A program made the position numbers and the translations under genes. A stretch of 64,000 nt of DNA, taken from contig JBAQPU010000052.1 of assembly GCA_049306095.1 (NCBI GenBank), positions 15,360 through 79,359 on the forward strand, in the 5' to 3' direction. The DNA comes from Cyclobacteriaceae bacterium (lineage in GTDB: Bacteria > Bacteroidota > Bacteroidia > Cytophagales > Cyclobacteriaceae). Positions within the stretch are counted from its first letter, which is position 1. Each line of letters begins with the position of its first letter. The notes beneath the pieces are model-generated. The model saw only the letters and a program-made list of their open reading frames with translations. It had not been told where the DNA came from and ran no database searches. Shown here in pieces: positions 47,676-57,409 of this stretch.

Positions 47676-47705
47676 CAAAGATAGGGATAACCTTGATAAA
47701 GGCAA
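47676..47705 (-). promoter_or_regulatory. Candidate promoter of the TA-tatC-rpiB string (TTG-N19-TATCTTTG), 4 nt before the ATG
   Basis: The minus strand reads TTG cctttatcaaggttatccc TATCTTTG aacc ATG. The -33/-7 spacing is canonical. Confidence 0.55.
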
Positions 47706-47723
47706 CGCGCCCTTAATCCCACA

Positions 47724-48992
47724 TCAATACAATGGAAATTTTTTCATCAGTGTGCGCACCTTGCGCTTCACTGTTTTTAAATTACTGTCGTCTTCCGGTG
47801 CCTGAAGTGCTTCATCGATCAGGTCAACTACTTTCACCGCGTCCTTTTCTTTTAATCCGCGGGTGGTAATGGCCGGTGAGCCAATCCGGATTCCGGAAGT
47901 AACAAACGGAGATTGCGTATCAAACGGAACCATATTTTTATTAATGGTTATGTCCGCTTTAATTAACGATTCCTCTGCCAGTTTGCCGGTCAGGTTTTTA
48001 GAACGCAGGTCAATCAGCATTAAATGGTTATCGGTACCGCCTGATATTACTTTATACCCTTTCGCCACAAACGCATCCGACATGGCTTTTGCGTTTTTCG
48101 TTACCTGAACAATGTATTTAAAATACTCATCAGACAAAGCCTCCTGAAAGGCTACCGCTTTTGCGGCAATCACGTGTTCCAACGGACCCCCCTGTGTGCC
48201 TGGGAAAACACCCGAATCAAGAATGGAAGTAATCTTTCTGATTTCTCCCTTCGGGGTTTTTAATCCCCACGGGTTATCAAAATTTTTTCCAACTAAGATC
48301 AACCCTCCGCGCGGTCCGCGCAATGTTTTATGTGTGGTGGTGGTAATAATGTGGCAATGTTCCATTGGGTCATTGAGCAATCCGCGGGCGATCAATCCGG
48401 CCGGGTGTGAAATATCGGCCAGTAACAAAGCACCAACAGCATCAGCCGCCTCACGCAATTTTTTGTAATCCCAGTCGCGGCTGTAGGCAGAGGCTCCACA
48501 AATAATCAGTTTTGGTTTTTCACGCTTAGCCGTTTCTATTACTTTATCGAAATCAATTTTTCCGGTTGCTTCTTCCACACCATAAAAAGAAGGCTGATAC
48601 AATTTCCCTGAGAAATTAACAGGTGATCCGTGGGTGAGGTGTCCTCCGTGTGAAAGATCAAATCCTAAAATTTTATCACCGGCTTTTAACACAGCCAACA
48701 TCACGGCAGCATTTGCCTGCGCACCAGAGTGCGGCTGAACATTAGCCCATTCGGCTCCAAAAAGTCCTTTGGCACGATCGATGGCCAATTGTTCAATCTC
48801 ATCCACTACTTCGCACCCGCCATAGTATCGCTTGCCAGGCAGTCCTTCCGCATACTTGTTGGTAAGCACTGTGCCTTGCGCCTTCATTACCTGTAACGAA
48901 GTAAAGTTTTCGGAGGCAATCAGTTCAATGCCATTCTCCTGACGTTGCTTTTCTTTTTCAATCAGGTCAAAGATTTGTTTATCCTTTTTCAT
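47724..48992 (-). CDS. glyA: Serine hydroxymethyltransferase
   Basis: 422 aa with 'SHGGHLTHG' and '[14 protein letters not shown]' (PLP lysine). Confidence 0.97.
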   Translation of the reverse strand: MKKDKQIFDLIEKEKQRQENGIELIASENFTSLQVMKAQGTVLTNKYAEGLPGKRYYGGCEVVDEIEQLAIDRAKGLFGAEWANVQPHSGAQANAAVMLAVLKAGDKILGFDLSHGGHLTHGSPVNFSGKLYQPSFYGVEEATGKIDFDKVIETAKREKPKLIICGASAYSRDWDYKKLREAADAVGALLLADISHPAGLIARGLLNDPMEHCHIITTTTHKTLRGPRGGLILVGKNFDNPWGLKTPKGEIRKITSILDSGVFPGTQGGPLEHVIAAKAVAFQEALSDEYFKYIVQVTKNAKAMSDAFVAKGYKVISGGTDNHLMLIDLRSKNLTGKLAEESLIKADITINKNMVPFDTQSPFVTSGIRIGSPAITTRGLKEKDAVKVVDLIDEALQAPEDDSNLKTVKRKVRTLMKKFPLY

Positions 48993-49021
48993 GGTAAATA
49001 GTGGAAGGTAAAATAAAAGGC

Positions 49022-49050
49022 CAAAATTAATCAGGATTGGCAGGATTCAA
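49022..49050 (-). promoter_or_regulatory. Candidate promoter of glyA (TTG-N18-TAATTTTG)
   Basis: The minus strand reads TTG aatcctgccaatcctgat TAATTTTG. The box lies 29 nt upstream of ATG 48992. Confidence 0.5.
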
Positions 49051-49093
49051 GGACTACCCCGATTTTTTTGATTCCCAGAATAGATTTTGTGTA

Positions 49094-49843
49094 TTACCAG
49101 CTGCCGCTGCTCCCGCCTCCGCCAAAGCCCCCGCCACCTCCGGAAAACCCACCAAAACCTCCACCTCCTCCGCTTCCGCCACCAAAGCCACCACCATACC
49201 AACCTGAACCGGAAGACCAACCTCCGCCACGGTAATTACCGCCACCTCGTAGCCTGCTGATCAGAATAATAACTCCAAAAATAATGAGAACGGTGACCCA
49301 TGAACTCCTTGGCCTCTTTCCTCCCACTCTGTTTGGTGTTCCGTCTGATTTATACTCGCCACCAATTGCCCGAACAATGGCATTTACCGTAAGCAAAACG
49401 CCCGCATCATAATCGCCCCTTCTGAAATTCGGAGCCAATTCATTGCGGATAATCCTACTGGTGAGGGCATCCGTTAGCACGCCTTCTAACCCATACCCTA
49501 CTTCTATTCTAACTTTATGGTCGTCCTGCACAATCAGGAGCAATACACCGTTGTCGTTTTTGTTGGTGCCCAGTTTCCATTCGGTATGCGCTACCCGCAG
49601 GGCGTACTCCTCTAAAATATCACCTTCTAACGAGGGAATGATTAAAACTGCGATCTGGTTGCCGGTTGAATCTTCGTGAACCTTTAACTGTGCTTCCAGT
49701 TGCTGAACCGTATGCGGTGACAAGATTTGTGCTTCATCGTGGATGCGTTTCCCTGCCAATGGAGGAATTGCCCGTTGCGAAAAAACAACCAGCGGAAAAA
49801 CAACTAAACTTGCCGCTACTAATACTCTAAGCCAACCGTTCAT
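49094..49843 (-). CDS. TPM-domain protein (YgcG-like) with TM helix and Gly-rich tail
   Basis: 249 aa with a signal peptide, a TPM phosphatase-like domain ('IHDEAQILS...NQIAVLIIPSLEG'), a TM helix and a tail reading 'GGGFGGGSGGGGGFGGFSGGGGGFGGGG'. Confidence 0.8.
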   Translation of the reverse strand: MNGWLRVLVAASLVVFPLVVFSQRAIPPLAGKRIHDEAQILSPHTVQQLEAQLKVHEDSTGNQIAVLIIPSLEGDILEEYALRVAHTEWKLGTNKNDNGVLLLIVQDDHKVRIEVGYGLEGVLTDALTSRIIRNELAPNFRRGDYDAGVLLTVNAIVRAIGGEYKSDGTPNRVGGKRPRSSWVTVLIIFGVIILISRLRGGGNYRGGGWSSGSGWYGGGFGGGSGGGGGFGGFSGGGGGFGGGGSSGSW

Positions 49844-49866
49844 TGAAAATTGATGTGTTCGTTTGA

Positions 49867-50517
49867 TTAATTAATCCGGAGGTCGTCACGCAACTCATTC
49901 TTATCGTCTGCCTCGATAACGAAGCCCTTATCCAATAATATTTCTCCACAACGTTTTAGTGCCAGTTCCAGCCCCTCCACAATTTTCCCTTTACGGATAT
50001 TGGTCGTAAGAGTATTGACAATTTTGTCCCACTCTTTTTGTTCCACCACTTTACTGATTCCGCTGTCGGCCATCACAATCACTTCATGTTCAAAAAAGGA
50101 AACAAAAATCATAATGCCGGTACGATGGCGGGTATTAAAAACTTCTTCTTCCAGAAAAGCATTTTCGGCTCGCTGGCGGGTGGCATGATCGAGGTGTTGC
50201 TGCGAAAGTAACATGCGTTTTACCCAGGGAACATAATTGGCCAATGCTGCGCCTGCTAAGCCTCCTGTCAATACGAAAAGGAAAATCATCAGCGGGTCAT
50301 ACACTGCGTATTGCGGTACATACCGGTCAAAAATGATTATGGAAACGAAAACGATCGATGCCAGCAAAAAACATCCCTTATAATTCGCTACCGTATAGTA
50401 GCCGCTTTTGCCAACAATAACCGGAACAATTTCACCCGAAATTTTACTTTCTGCTTCACGCACAGCCGCCTTGATGCGGTTTAGATCGCTTTCAGAAAAT
50501 TTCTTTTTAAGGTTCAT
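49867..50517 (-). CDS. TPM-domain membrane protein
   Basis: 216 aa; 'IKAAVREAESKISGEIVPVI' followed by two TM helices and a soluble domain. This matches the second TPM gene usually paired with YgcG-like genes. Confidence 0.7.
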   Translation of the reverse strand: MNLKKKFSESDLNRIKAAVREAESKISGEIVPVIVGKSGYYTVANYKGCFLLASIVFVSIIIFDRYVPQYAVYDPLMIFLFVLTGGLAGAALANYVPWVKRMLLSQQHLDHATRQRAENAFLEEEVFNTRHRTGIMIFVSFFEHEVIVMADSGISKVVEQKEWDKIVNTLTTNIRKGKIVEGLELALKRCGEILLDKGFVIEADDKNELRDDLRIN

Positions 50518-50550
50518 GGCATTTCTTTGAACGGGTAAGTTACCAAATAT

Positions 50551-51267
50551 TTACGCTTTCAACTGGCGCAAATAAAGTTGAATCGTATTCTCTAAACCAA
50601 AATACAGTGCATCGCTCACCAGAGCATGGCCAATGGACACTTCGCTAAGGAACGGAATGGATTGCTTCAGGAACTTCAGGTTATGTAAATCAAGATCGTG
50701 GCCGGCATTAACTCCCAATCCAAGAGATTTCGCCACGAGAGCCGCTTCAAGGTAGGGTTTTACAGCCTTGTCTTTATTACGGTGATATTCCTTTGCATAC
50801 GGTTCGGTGTACAATTCAATCCGATCGGCCCCAGCCTGCGCAGCGCCTTCCGTCATTTTCTCATCGGGGTCAACAAAAATTGAAACACGTGTGCCTGTCT
50901 GCTTGAGTTCAAGCACCACCTCTTTTAAAAAAGATGCGTGCTGAATGGTGTCCCAACCGGCATTGGAGGTAATAACATGAGGACCATCTGGCACGAGCGT
51001 AGCCTGAGCCGGTTTTGCTTTGCGGATGATCTCCATGTAGCGCGCATCCGGATACCCTTCAATATTAAATTCTGTCTTAACCGTTTCTTTTAAATGCATC
51101 ACATCGGTGTACCGGATGTGTCGTTCATCCGGACGAGGGTGAACCGTAATGCCTTCGGCACCGAAGCGTTCGCAATCCATGGCAACCTTAACAACGTCCG
51201 GATTATTTCCTCCACGGGCATTTCGCAGCGTGGCAATTTTGTTAATGTTTACACTTAACCGAGTCAT
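50551..51267 (-). CDS. pdxJ: Pyridoxine 5'-phosphate synthase
   Basis: I trimmed the ORF to ATG 51267 ([20 protein letters not shown]). 'HPRPDERHI' and 'VSIGHALV' are typical of PdxJ. Confidence 0.93.
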   Translation of the reverse strand: MTRLSVNINKIATLRNARGGNNPDVVKVAMDCERFGAEGITVHPRPDERHIRYTDVMHLKETVKTEFNIEGYPDARYMEIIRKAKPAQATLVPDGPHVITSNAGWDTIQHASFLKEVVLELKQTGTRVSIFVDPDEKMTEGAAQAGADRIELYTEPYAKEYHRNKDKAVKPYLEAALVAKSLGLGVNAGHDLDLHNLKFLKQSIPFLSEVSIGHALVSDALYFGLENTIQLYLRQLKA

Positions 51268-51284
51268 ACTGGATTCCAATATTA

Positions 51285-51343
51285 CAAATTACAAATCCCA
51301 ATTTACGGAATGCCTACGTTTAAGATTTGGAATTTGTAATTTG
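51285..51343. repeat. 17-bp inverted repeat in the pdxJ / yqeY divergent intergenic region
   Basis: CAAATTACAAATCCCAA (51285-51301) pairs with TTGGAATTTGTAATTTG (51327-51343), 16 of 17 complementary with a 25-nt spacer. The right arm overlaps the putative -33 element of yqeY. Confidence 0.7.
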
Positions 51344-51372
51344 CTATTTGGATTTTTTACACCGTACCTTTG
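51341..51372 (+). promoter_or_regulatory. Candidate promoter of yqeY-cvpA (TTG-N21-TACCTTTG)
   Basis: The -7 box at 51365-51372 lies 18 nt upstream of ATG 51391. Confidence 0.45.
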
Positions 51373-51390
51373 ACACAAACCCAAACACGC

Positions 51391-51843
51391 ATGAGCTTAA
51401 AGGCGCAGATTGACAATGACATTAAAAAAGCCATGTTGGCGAAGAGTAAGGAAGAGCTTGATGCATTGAGGAGCATCAAATCCATGATTTTGTTAGCCGA
51501 AACAGAAAAGGGAAGTGTTTCCGAAATTACCCCGGACACCGAAAATAAATTACTGATGAAGGCCGCCAAGCAGCGGAAAGAATCGGCCGATATTTTTCAA
51601 CAACAAAACCGGGCTGATCTTGCCGGCAAAGAACTTTTTCAACTGGAGGTCATCAATCGTTATCTCCCGAAACAACTTACGGTTGATGAATTAACAGCCG
51701 AACTCAAGAGTATCCTGACCGAGGTGGGCGCCTCAGGTCCGCAAGATGTTGGCAAAGTCATGGGCGCTGCTACCAAAAAGTTGGCCGGTAAAGCCGATGG
51801 AAAAATGATTTCAGAAGTGGTGAAAAAACTCCTGGCTTCTTGA
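51391..51843 (+). CDS. GatB/YqeY domain protein
   Basis: I trimmed the ORF to ATG 51391. 'MSLKAQIDNDIKKAMLAKSKEELDALRSIKS' is typical of YqeY-like proteins. Confidence 0.85.
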   Translation: MSLKAQIDNDIKKAMLAKSKEELDALRSIKSMILLAETEKGSVSEITPDTENKLLMKAAKQRKESADIFQQQNRADLAGKELFQLEVINRYLPKQLTVDELTAELKSILTEVGASGPQDVGKVMGAATKKLAGKADGKMISEVVKKLLAS

Positions 51844-52346
51844 GTAAGATTGACATTGCACTCATTGTTGTTCTGATCATCGGTGCCTTTAGCGGTTATC
51901 GGAAGGGGTTTCTGTCTGAACTTTTTTCTCTGCTGGGCATCGTGCTGGGGATTTTAGCAGGCTTCAAACTGATGGGCATTGCCATGGTAAACCTGGTGCG
52001 GTATTATAACATTGACGACACCATTTTACCTTACGTTGCCTTTGGAGTTGTCTTCTTCATTGTGATCATCCTGGTTTCCCTGCTGGGAAAATTTCTTAAA
52101 TCCACCATTGAAAAAACAGTGTTGGGAAATGCCGACCAGGTAGCCGGTTCTGTTTTAGGTATTTTGAAAACCGCGTTTATGGCGAGTGTGGCCTTTTGGA
52201 TTTTCTCATCACTTGAATTTCATATTCCCGATCATTGGCAAAAAGATTCCTGGCTGTACCCAACCATAGCCTCGCTTGCACCGGCCGTAACTTCGTGGAT
52301 TGCCGAGATTTTTCCGGTTTTCAGCGACCTTTTCGGAGGAAACTGA
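51840..52346 (+). CDS. cvpA: CvpA-family membrane protein
   Basis: 168 aa with four TM helices. The N-terminus 'IDIALIVVLIIGAFSGYRKGFLSELFSLLG' is typical of CvpA. TTG start overlapping the upstream stop. Confidence 0.75.
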   Translation: MSKIDIALIVVLIIGAFSGYRKGFLSELFSLLGIVLGILAGFKLMGIAMVNLVRYYNIDDTILPYVAFGVVFFIVIILVSLLGKFLKSTIEKTVLGNADQVAGSVLGILKTAFMASVAFWIFSSLEFHIPDHWQKDSWLYPTIASLAPAVTSWIAEIFPVFSDLFGGN

Positions 52347-52414
52347 AAACTTATTCTTTCCGATCGTTGTTTGGATTTTTTTTCCTTACTTATCACTCAT
52401 AAACCCGGGAAGGA

Positions 52415-53167
52415 ATGTCACTGAAAGTTCATGAAGAAAACGGTTTCAAATACGTGGATGAAGGCCGGGGGGAAATACTGTTGCTCTTACACGGTTTGTT
52501 TGGCGCCCTGAGTAACTGGGAAGGTGTAGTCAATCGCTTTTCAAAAAATTTCAGAGTGGTAATCCCCATGCTGCCCATCTATGAAATGCCCATCAAAGAA
52601 GCCGGGCTTGAAGGGTTACGAAAATTCCTGGAAGAGTTCGTTGCTTTTAAAAAACTGGAAAACATGATGATCATGGGCAACAGCCTGGGAGGTCACGTGG
52701 CATTGGTGTACACACTCAAAAATCCGCAGAAAGTAAAAAAACTTATTCTCACCGGCAGTTCGGGATTATTTGAAGATGGTATGGGCGGATCATATCCGAA
52801 GCGCGGTAACTATCAATACATTCAGGAGCGTGTGGCCTACACCTTTTATGATCCAAAAGTGGCTACCAAAGAATTGGTTGACGAAGTGTTTGAAACAACC
52901 AACAGCATTCCCAAATGTTTGCGCATTGTGGCCATTGCCAAATCGGCACAGCGTCATAACATGGCTACAGATATTCCAAACATTCAGGCACCAACCCTAT
53001 TGGTGTGGGGGCTGAATGATACCATTACTCCGCCTGCGGTGGCACACGAATTTAACCGGCTGATCCCCAATTCAACACTGAGTTTTATTGATCAATGCTG
53101 TCATGCGCCTATGATGGAGCATCCGGAAAAATTTAATTCGCTGGTCGAAAACTTTTTGCTCAGTTGA
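52415..53167 (+). CDS. Alpha/beta hydrolase
   Basis: 250 aa with the nucleophile elbow 'GNSLGG' and a C-terminal 'CCHAPMMEHPE' (His). Confidence 0.8.
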   Translation: MSLKVHEENGFKYVDEGRGEILLLLHGLFGALSNWEGVVNRFSKNFRVVIPMLPIYEMPIKEAGLEGLRKFLEEFVAFKKLENMMIMGNSLGGHVALVYTLKNPQKVKKLILTGSSGLFEDGMGGSYPKRGNYQYIQERVAYTFYDPKVATKELVDEVFETTNSIPKCLRIVAIAKSAQRHNMATDIPNIQAPTLLVWGLNDTITPPAVAHEFNRLIPNSTLSFIDQCCHAPMMEHPEKFNSLVENFLLS

Positions 53168-53191
53168 GGTATATACATAAAAATTAAACTG

Positions 53192-53857
53192 GTGATTGCA
53201 GAAGATTTAATTAACCAAATGATTCCTCCGCTGAAAGCGACTGATGATGCGCATAAGGCCATTGTGTGGATGGAGGAGTTTCGCTGCAACCACATGCCCG
53301 TTGTCGAGAATGGAAAATTATTGGGCTTTGTATCAGAAGAAATTATTCTCGAAACAAATGACATCGATAAGAAGCTAAAAGACTTTGACTTAGTGGGCGA
53401 GTTGTGTTTCGTGCACATGTCATCACACTTTTACGACATCTTAAAAGTTGCGACTGATCATAAATTACAGATGGTGTGCGTGTTGGATGATGACGATATT
53501 TACGCAGGTGTGATTACCGTTCAGGATACCCTCACATCGTTTGCCCAAACGGCTGCCGTCCAAATGCCCGGGGGAATCCTGGTTCTTTCAATGAACCACA
53601 ACGATTACTCACTGTCAGAAATAAGTCGGCTGATTGAAGAGAACCACGCCCGCATTCTCAGCAGTATTGTAAAGGAAGATCCGCTTGATCCCGGAAAAAT
53701 ACGACTCACACTCAAGCTCAATGAACTTGAGCTCTCGCGGATTGTTGCAACACTCGAACGATTCAACTACAAAGTAATTGGCCGCTACCAGGAGACGAAA
53801 GCCCAGGGCAGTGAAAAAGAACGAATTGACATGCTGTTACGCTACCTGGACATCTGA
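53192..53857 (+). CDS. CBS-domain protein
   Basis: 221 aa with two CBS-like repeats ('HMPVVENGKLLGFVSEEIIL', 'MVCVLDDDDIYAGVITVQD'). GTG start. Confidence 0.7.
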   Translation: MIAEDLINQMIPPLKATDDAHKAIVWMEEFRCNHMPVVENGKLLGFVSEEIILETNDIDKKLKDFDLVGELCFVHMSSHFYDILKVATDHKLQMVCVLDDDDIYAGVITVQDTLTSFAQTAAVQMPGGILVLSMNHNDYSLSEISRLIEENHARILSSIVKEDPLDPGKIRLTLKLNELELSRIVATLERFNYKVIGRYQETKAQGSEKERIDMLLRYLDI

Positions 53858-53951
53858 CCCTTCCCCTCAAAAAATTTTTTTCCTTTCCATATTTCATTCT
53901 TAACTTTAATATTCAGCCCGAACTGACTGGCTGTAAACTCGGTAAATTGCC

Positions 53952-54827
53952 ATGAAAATCGGGATACACGGAAAAGAATTCAACCGCCAGTTGGTTCCCC
54001 TAGTGGAGGGAATTCTTTCCTGCCTGACCAAAAAAGATTCCGAACTTTTTATTTCAGAAAAATTCGAAAGCTTCTTAAAAGCTCCTGTCTTCAAAAAATT
54101 TAAATGGAAAACTTATCGCGAAGGCAACTCCTTAAAAAAACTGGATGCCTTCCTGAGCATAGGCGGAGATGGAACCTTACTGGAATCTGTTACGCACATT
54201 GGCCGTGATGAAGTTCCCATCCTGGGGATCAACACCGGGCGGCTTGGATTTTTGGCCACCATCAGTAAAGACGATGTGGAAGATTCTCTTGAAAAACTCT
54301 TTGCTCAACACTTCACCCTCGATAAGCGTGCCGTACTCAGGCTCGAGTCAAATCAGGAATTATTCGGCAACCTGAATTTTGCCCTGAACGATTTCACCCT
54401 TATCAAAAAAGATACCTCCTCCATGATTACCGTTCATACGTACATCGATGGAGAGTTGTTGAATTCCTATTGGGCCGATGGCATTATTGTTTCCACGCCC
54501 ACCGGGTCAACCGGTTATGCGCTCAGCTGCGGTGGCCCATTGGTTTTTCCGCGATCCGGAAATTTTGTGATCACCCCGGTAAGTCCGCATAACCTGACGG
54601 TACGCCCTATAGTAGTCTCCGATCATTCCGAAATATCCTTTCGGGTGGAAGGCAGAAGTAAAAAATTTCTTGTAACGCTCGATTCCAGAGTTGCGGTTAT
54701 CGATAGTAGCGTTAAATTGAAGATTGTAAAAGAAACCTTTAACGTAAACCTGATTTTGTTGGAAGGCCAGCATTATTTTAAAACCCTGCGGCAAAAGCTT
54801 AATTGGGGCCTTGATATTCGAAATTGA
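53952..54827 (+). CDS. nadK: NAD kinase
   Basis: 291 aa with 'GGDGTLL', 'NTGRLGFL' and 'STPTGSTGYALSCGGP'. Confidence 0.9.
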   Translation: MKIGIHGKEFNRQLVPLVEGILSCLTKKDSELFISEKFESFLKAPVFKKFKWKTYREGNSLKKLDAFLSIGGDGTLLESVTHIGRDEVPILGINTGRLGFLATISKDDVEDSLEKLFAQHFTLDKRAVLRLESNQELFGNLNFALNDFTLIKKDTSSMITVHTYIDGELLNSYWADGIIVSTPTGSTGYALSCGGPLVFPRSGNFVITPVSPHNLTVRPIVVSDHSEISFRVEGRSKKFLVTLDSRVAVIDSSVKLKIVKETFNVNLILLEGQHYFKTLRQKLNWGLDIRN

Positions 54828-54842
54828 TTTTTTATTACATTT

Positions 54843-54850
54843 GTAGTTCA
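54843..54850 (+). promoter_or_regulatory. Candidate -7 promoter box (TACATTTG)
   Basis: Matches TAnnTTTG, 23 nt upstream of ATG 54874. Confidence 0.4.
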
Positions 54851-54873
54851 CTGATTCAGAAATACTTAGAGAG

Positions 54874-55923
54874 ATGAGAAAATTTACTTACCTGCTCATT
54901 GTTGCTTTCATGGTGATGTTGGCTCACCAGGATGCGTACAGCCAAATGAACCGGAGACAAATCAAAAAGAACAACAAACGCATTGGCAGTTTCAGGGGTA
55001 AGAAATCTAACTTCGATAAAAACAAGGTGTATAATGCTGTGGGTATTACCCTGAATGCCATGAACTACTATGGCGACCTTTCTCCTACACCCAAACGAAT
55101 CAGTACTGATTTAAGCCTGACACGCCCTGCCGTTGGCATTTCATTCACACACCGGTTTGGCCCACGTTACCAGTTGGTTGGAAGCTTTACGTATGGTGGA
55201 ATTCGTGGTTCTGATCATGAATCGGCCGATCCAAACGATCTTGACAATGGTGTGTTCCGGTACGTTCGCAATCTTTCCTTCCGTAACCGGATAAAAGAAC
55301 TTTCGGCCGTTGCCCAGGTCGACTTATTTGAAAACCAATCGACCTACATCAGCCGCGTTCCGTGGACACCGTTCGTGTATGCAGGACTGGCGGTATTCCA
55401 TCATAACCCACAAGCACAGGTACCCAAAACCGACCTGTTAGGCAATCCATTTTCCGATGCCGGAGAGTGGGTTAACCTTAAACCGCTGGAAACAGAAGGT
55501 AATTCTTATCATTTAATTCAGTTTGCAATACCATTTGGCTTCGGTGCACGTTTTAGAGTGAACGAGGTAATTGATATTTCAGGTGAGTTCGGTTTCCGTT
55601 ATACGTTTACTGACTACCTGGATGACGTGAGTGGTAACTACATCGACCTGACAACGCTCGACAGTGAAAAAGCAAAAGCGTTGTCGTATCGATCAAACGA
55701 ATTGCCAAAGAGCGGACCCAATTCAAGGTATGATGAAATCGTAAACAACCTGTACACAGGTTATGGAAGTTTTAATACGGTTGCGGGCTATGGGCACGTA
55801 AACACAAACGGACTTCCTAATCCGCGCGGAGGGCTGTCGGGCGACAAAGACATATACATGGTTACTACTATTCGCGTTACCTATATCCTCGGAAAAACAT
55901 TTCACCGGGCTAAGTTCAGATAA
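54874..55923 (+). CDS. Outer-membrane beta-barrel protein (DUF6089-like)
   Basis: 349 aa with a signal peptide, a 'YYGDL' motif and a C-terminal aromatic residue (...AKFR). Its position between nadK and uppS matches what I recall of Bacteroidetes DUF6089 genes. Confidence 0.55.
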   Translation: MRKFTYLLIVAFMVMLAHQDAYSQMNRRQIKKNNKRIGSFRGKKSNFDKNKVYNAVGITLNAMNYYGDLSPTPKRISTDLSLTRPAVGISFTHRFGPRYQLVGSFTYGGIRGSDHESADPNDLDNGVFRYVRNLSFRNRIKELSAVAQVDLFENQSTYISRVPWTPFVYAGLAVFHHNPQAQVPKTDLLGNPFSDAGEWVNLKPLETEGNSYHLIQFAIPFGFGARFRVNEVIDISGEFGFRYTFTDYLDDVSGNYIDLTTLDSEKAKALSYRSNELPKSGPNSRYDEIVNNLYTGYGSFNTVAGYGHVNTNGLPNPRGGLSGDKDIYMVTTIRVTYILGKTFHRAKFR

Positions 55924-56603
55924 TGCATAAAAACATACTGGTCGTTACGATTCTCATCCTACTGGGTACAACCGCCCAGGCTCAACGATCAGAACTCGGT
56001 TTCGGCCTGGGAACCTTCACCTATACCGGTGATTTGATTCGCAATTATAATTTCAAGTATTCTCGACCAGCAGCCACCGTTTTCTTTCGCTCCAATCTCA
56101 GCAAGGTAGTCAGCTTTCGTGCCGGCATTACCGCTGGAAAATTAGTAGGCGAAGAAAAACCCATTGACGCTGCTGCCGCCCAACGCAATGCTTCTTTTGA
56201 TATTTTTCTATTTGAAGGATCGTTGGCAATGGAATATCACTTCTTGAACTGGCGTGACGATAAACGGCCGATGCGGTATACGCCTTACCTGTTTGCCGGG
56301 TTAGGGTTGTTTGGTATTTCGGGTTATGGATCAAAACCTGCCGAGTATAGCAACATACAGGGAGCCATTCCCTTTGGCGGGGGCTTCAAGTATATTCTCA
56401 ATCCAAAGTGGTATGCCGCAGTTGAAATTGGCGTTCGAAAAACTTTCTTTGATTATCTCGACAATGTTTCTGATTTCGATGATCAAACCCAGAAAAACCT
56501 TCAGTACGGAAACCCCAATGACTACGACAATTATTTTTTTATGGGCATTACGTTTACCCGTACATTTTACGATATCCCTTGCCCCAGAAATCCCTATAAA
56601 TAA
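55923..56603 (+). CDS. Outer-membrane beta-barrel protein (DUF6089-like), shorter paralogue
   Basis: 226 aa with a signal peptide, 'GTFTYTGDL' and 'FDYLDNVSD' (compare 'FTDYLDDVSG' in the upstream gene). Confidence 0.55.
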   Translation: MHKNILVVTILILLGTTAQAQRSELGFGLGTFTYTGDLIRNYNFKYSRPAATVFFRSNLSKVVSFRAGITAGKLVGEEKPIDAAAAQRNASFDIFLFEGSLAMEYHFLNWRDDKRPMRYTPYLFAGLGLFGISGYGSKPAEYSNIQGAIPFGGGFKYILNPKWYAAVEIGVRKTFFDYLDNVSDFDDQTQKNLQYGNPNDYDNYFFMGITFTRTFYDIPCPRNPYK

Positions 56604-56644
56604 GCAACTTACCGGGACCTGCTTTTCCTGAAAAAAAGCTAATT

Positions 56645-57409
56645 TTGCCGCCCTTGGCTTCATTTAAAGAACATATCGACTTCAATAATCTGCCGCGTCA
56701 TATTGCCGTTATCATGGATGGCAATGGAAGGTGGGCAAAAAAGAAGGGAGCCCTTCGCATTTTCGGGCACCGCAATGCCGTACAGGCTGTACGCGATGTA
56801 ACGGAAGGTTGCGGTGAAATCGGGATTCAATACCTGACCTTGTACGCCTTTTCTACTGAAAACTGGGGGCGGCCAAAAGCGGAAATTGACGGACTGATGG
56901 AATTACTGGTGAATACCCTTAAACAGGAAATAAAAACCCTGATGGACAACCAGGTAAAACTAATCACCATCGGAGAAACATCTCATCTTCCGGTGGAGTG
57001 TCAGAAAAACCTTCAATGGGCCAAGGAAACCACGCAGCACAACAGCGGCCTTAAACTCATCCTGGCGTTGAGTTACAGCGGCCGCTGGGAAATGGTGGAG
57101 GCTGTCAAATCCATTGTGGCTGACATCCAATCAGGCAAGGTGAAAGAAACAGCGATAAACGAAAACTTAATTAACCAACACTTGCAAACGGCAGGAATCC
57201 CCGACCCTGAATTGCTGATCCGTACAAGTGGTGAAATGCGCATCAGTAATTTTTTGCTGTGGCAAATCGCGTATACCGAACTGTACATAACACCCACGTT
57301 ATGGCCAGATTTCAGAAAAGAAAATTTATACGAGGCGATTTGGGCATACCAACAACGCGAGCGCAGGTTTGGAAAAACAAGTGAACAATTGAATCCGGTT
57401 ACTGAATGA
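56645..57409 (+). CDS. uppS: Undecaprenyl-diphosphate synthase (isoprenyl transferase)
   Basis: 'HIAVIMDGNGRWA' and 'RTSGEMRISNFLLWQ'. The start is uncertain. The TTG at 56645 lies inside a TAATTTTG box-like word, an alternative in-frame TTG lies at 56654, and there is no ATG before the conserved motif. Confidence 0.9.
   Translation: MPPLASFKEHIDFNNLPRHIAVIMDGNGRWAKKKGALRIFGHRNAVQAVRDVTEGCGEIGIQYLTLYAFSTENWGRPKAEIDGLMELLVNTLKQEIKTLMDNQVKLITIGETSHLPVECQKNLQWAKETTQHNSGLKLILALSYSGRWEMVEAVKSIVADIQSGKVKETAINENLINQHLQTAGIPDPELLIRTSGEMRISNFLLWQIAYTELYITPTLWPDFRKENLYEAIWAYQQRERRFGKTSEQLNPVTE

Noticed and set aside
49094-49250. Gly-rich coding repeat and its antisense ORF (49054..49245)
   Set aside because: This is the usual low-complexity GGGF/GGGS tail of YgcG-like TPM proteins. 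The antisense ORF is a by-product of the GC-rich repeat.
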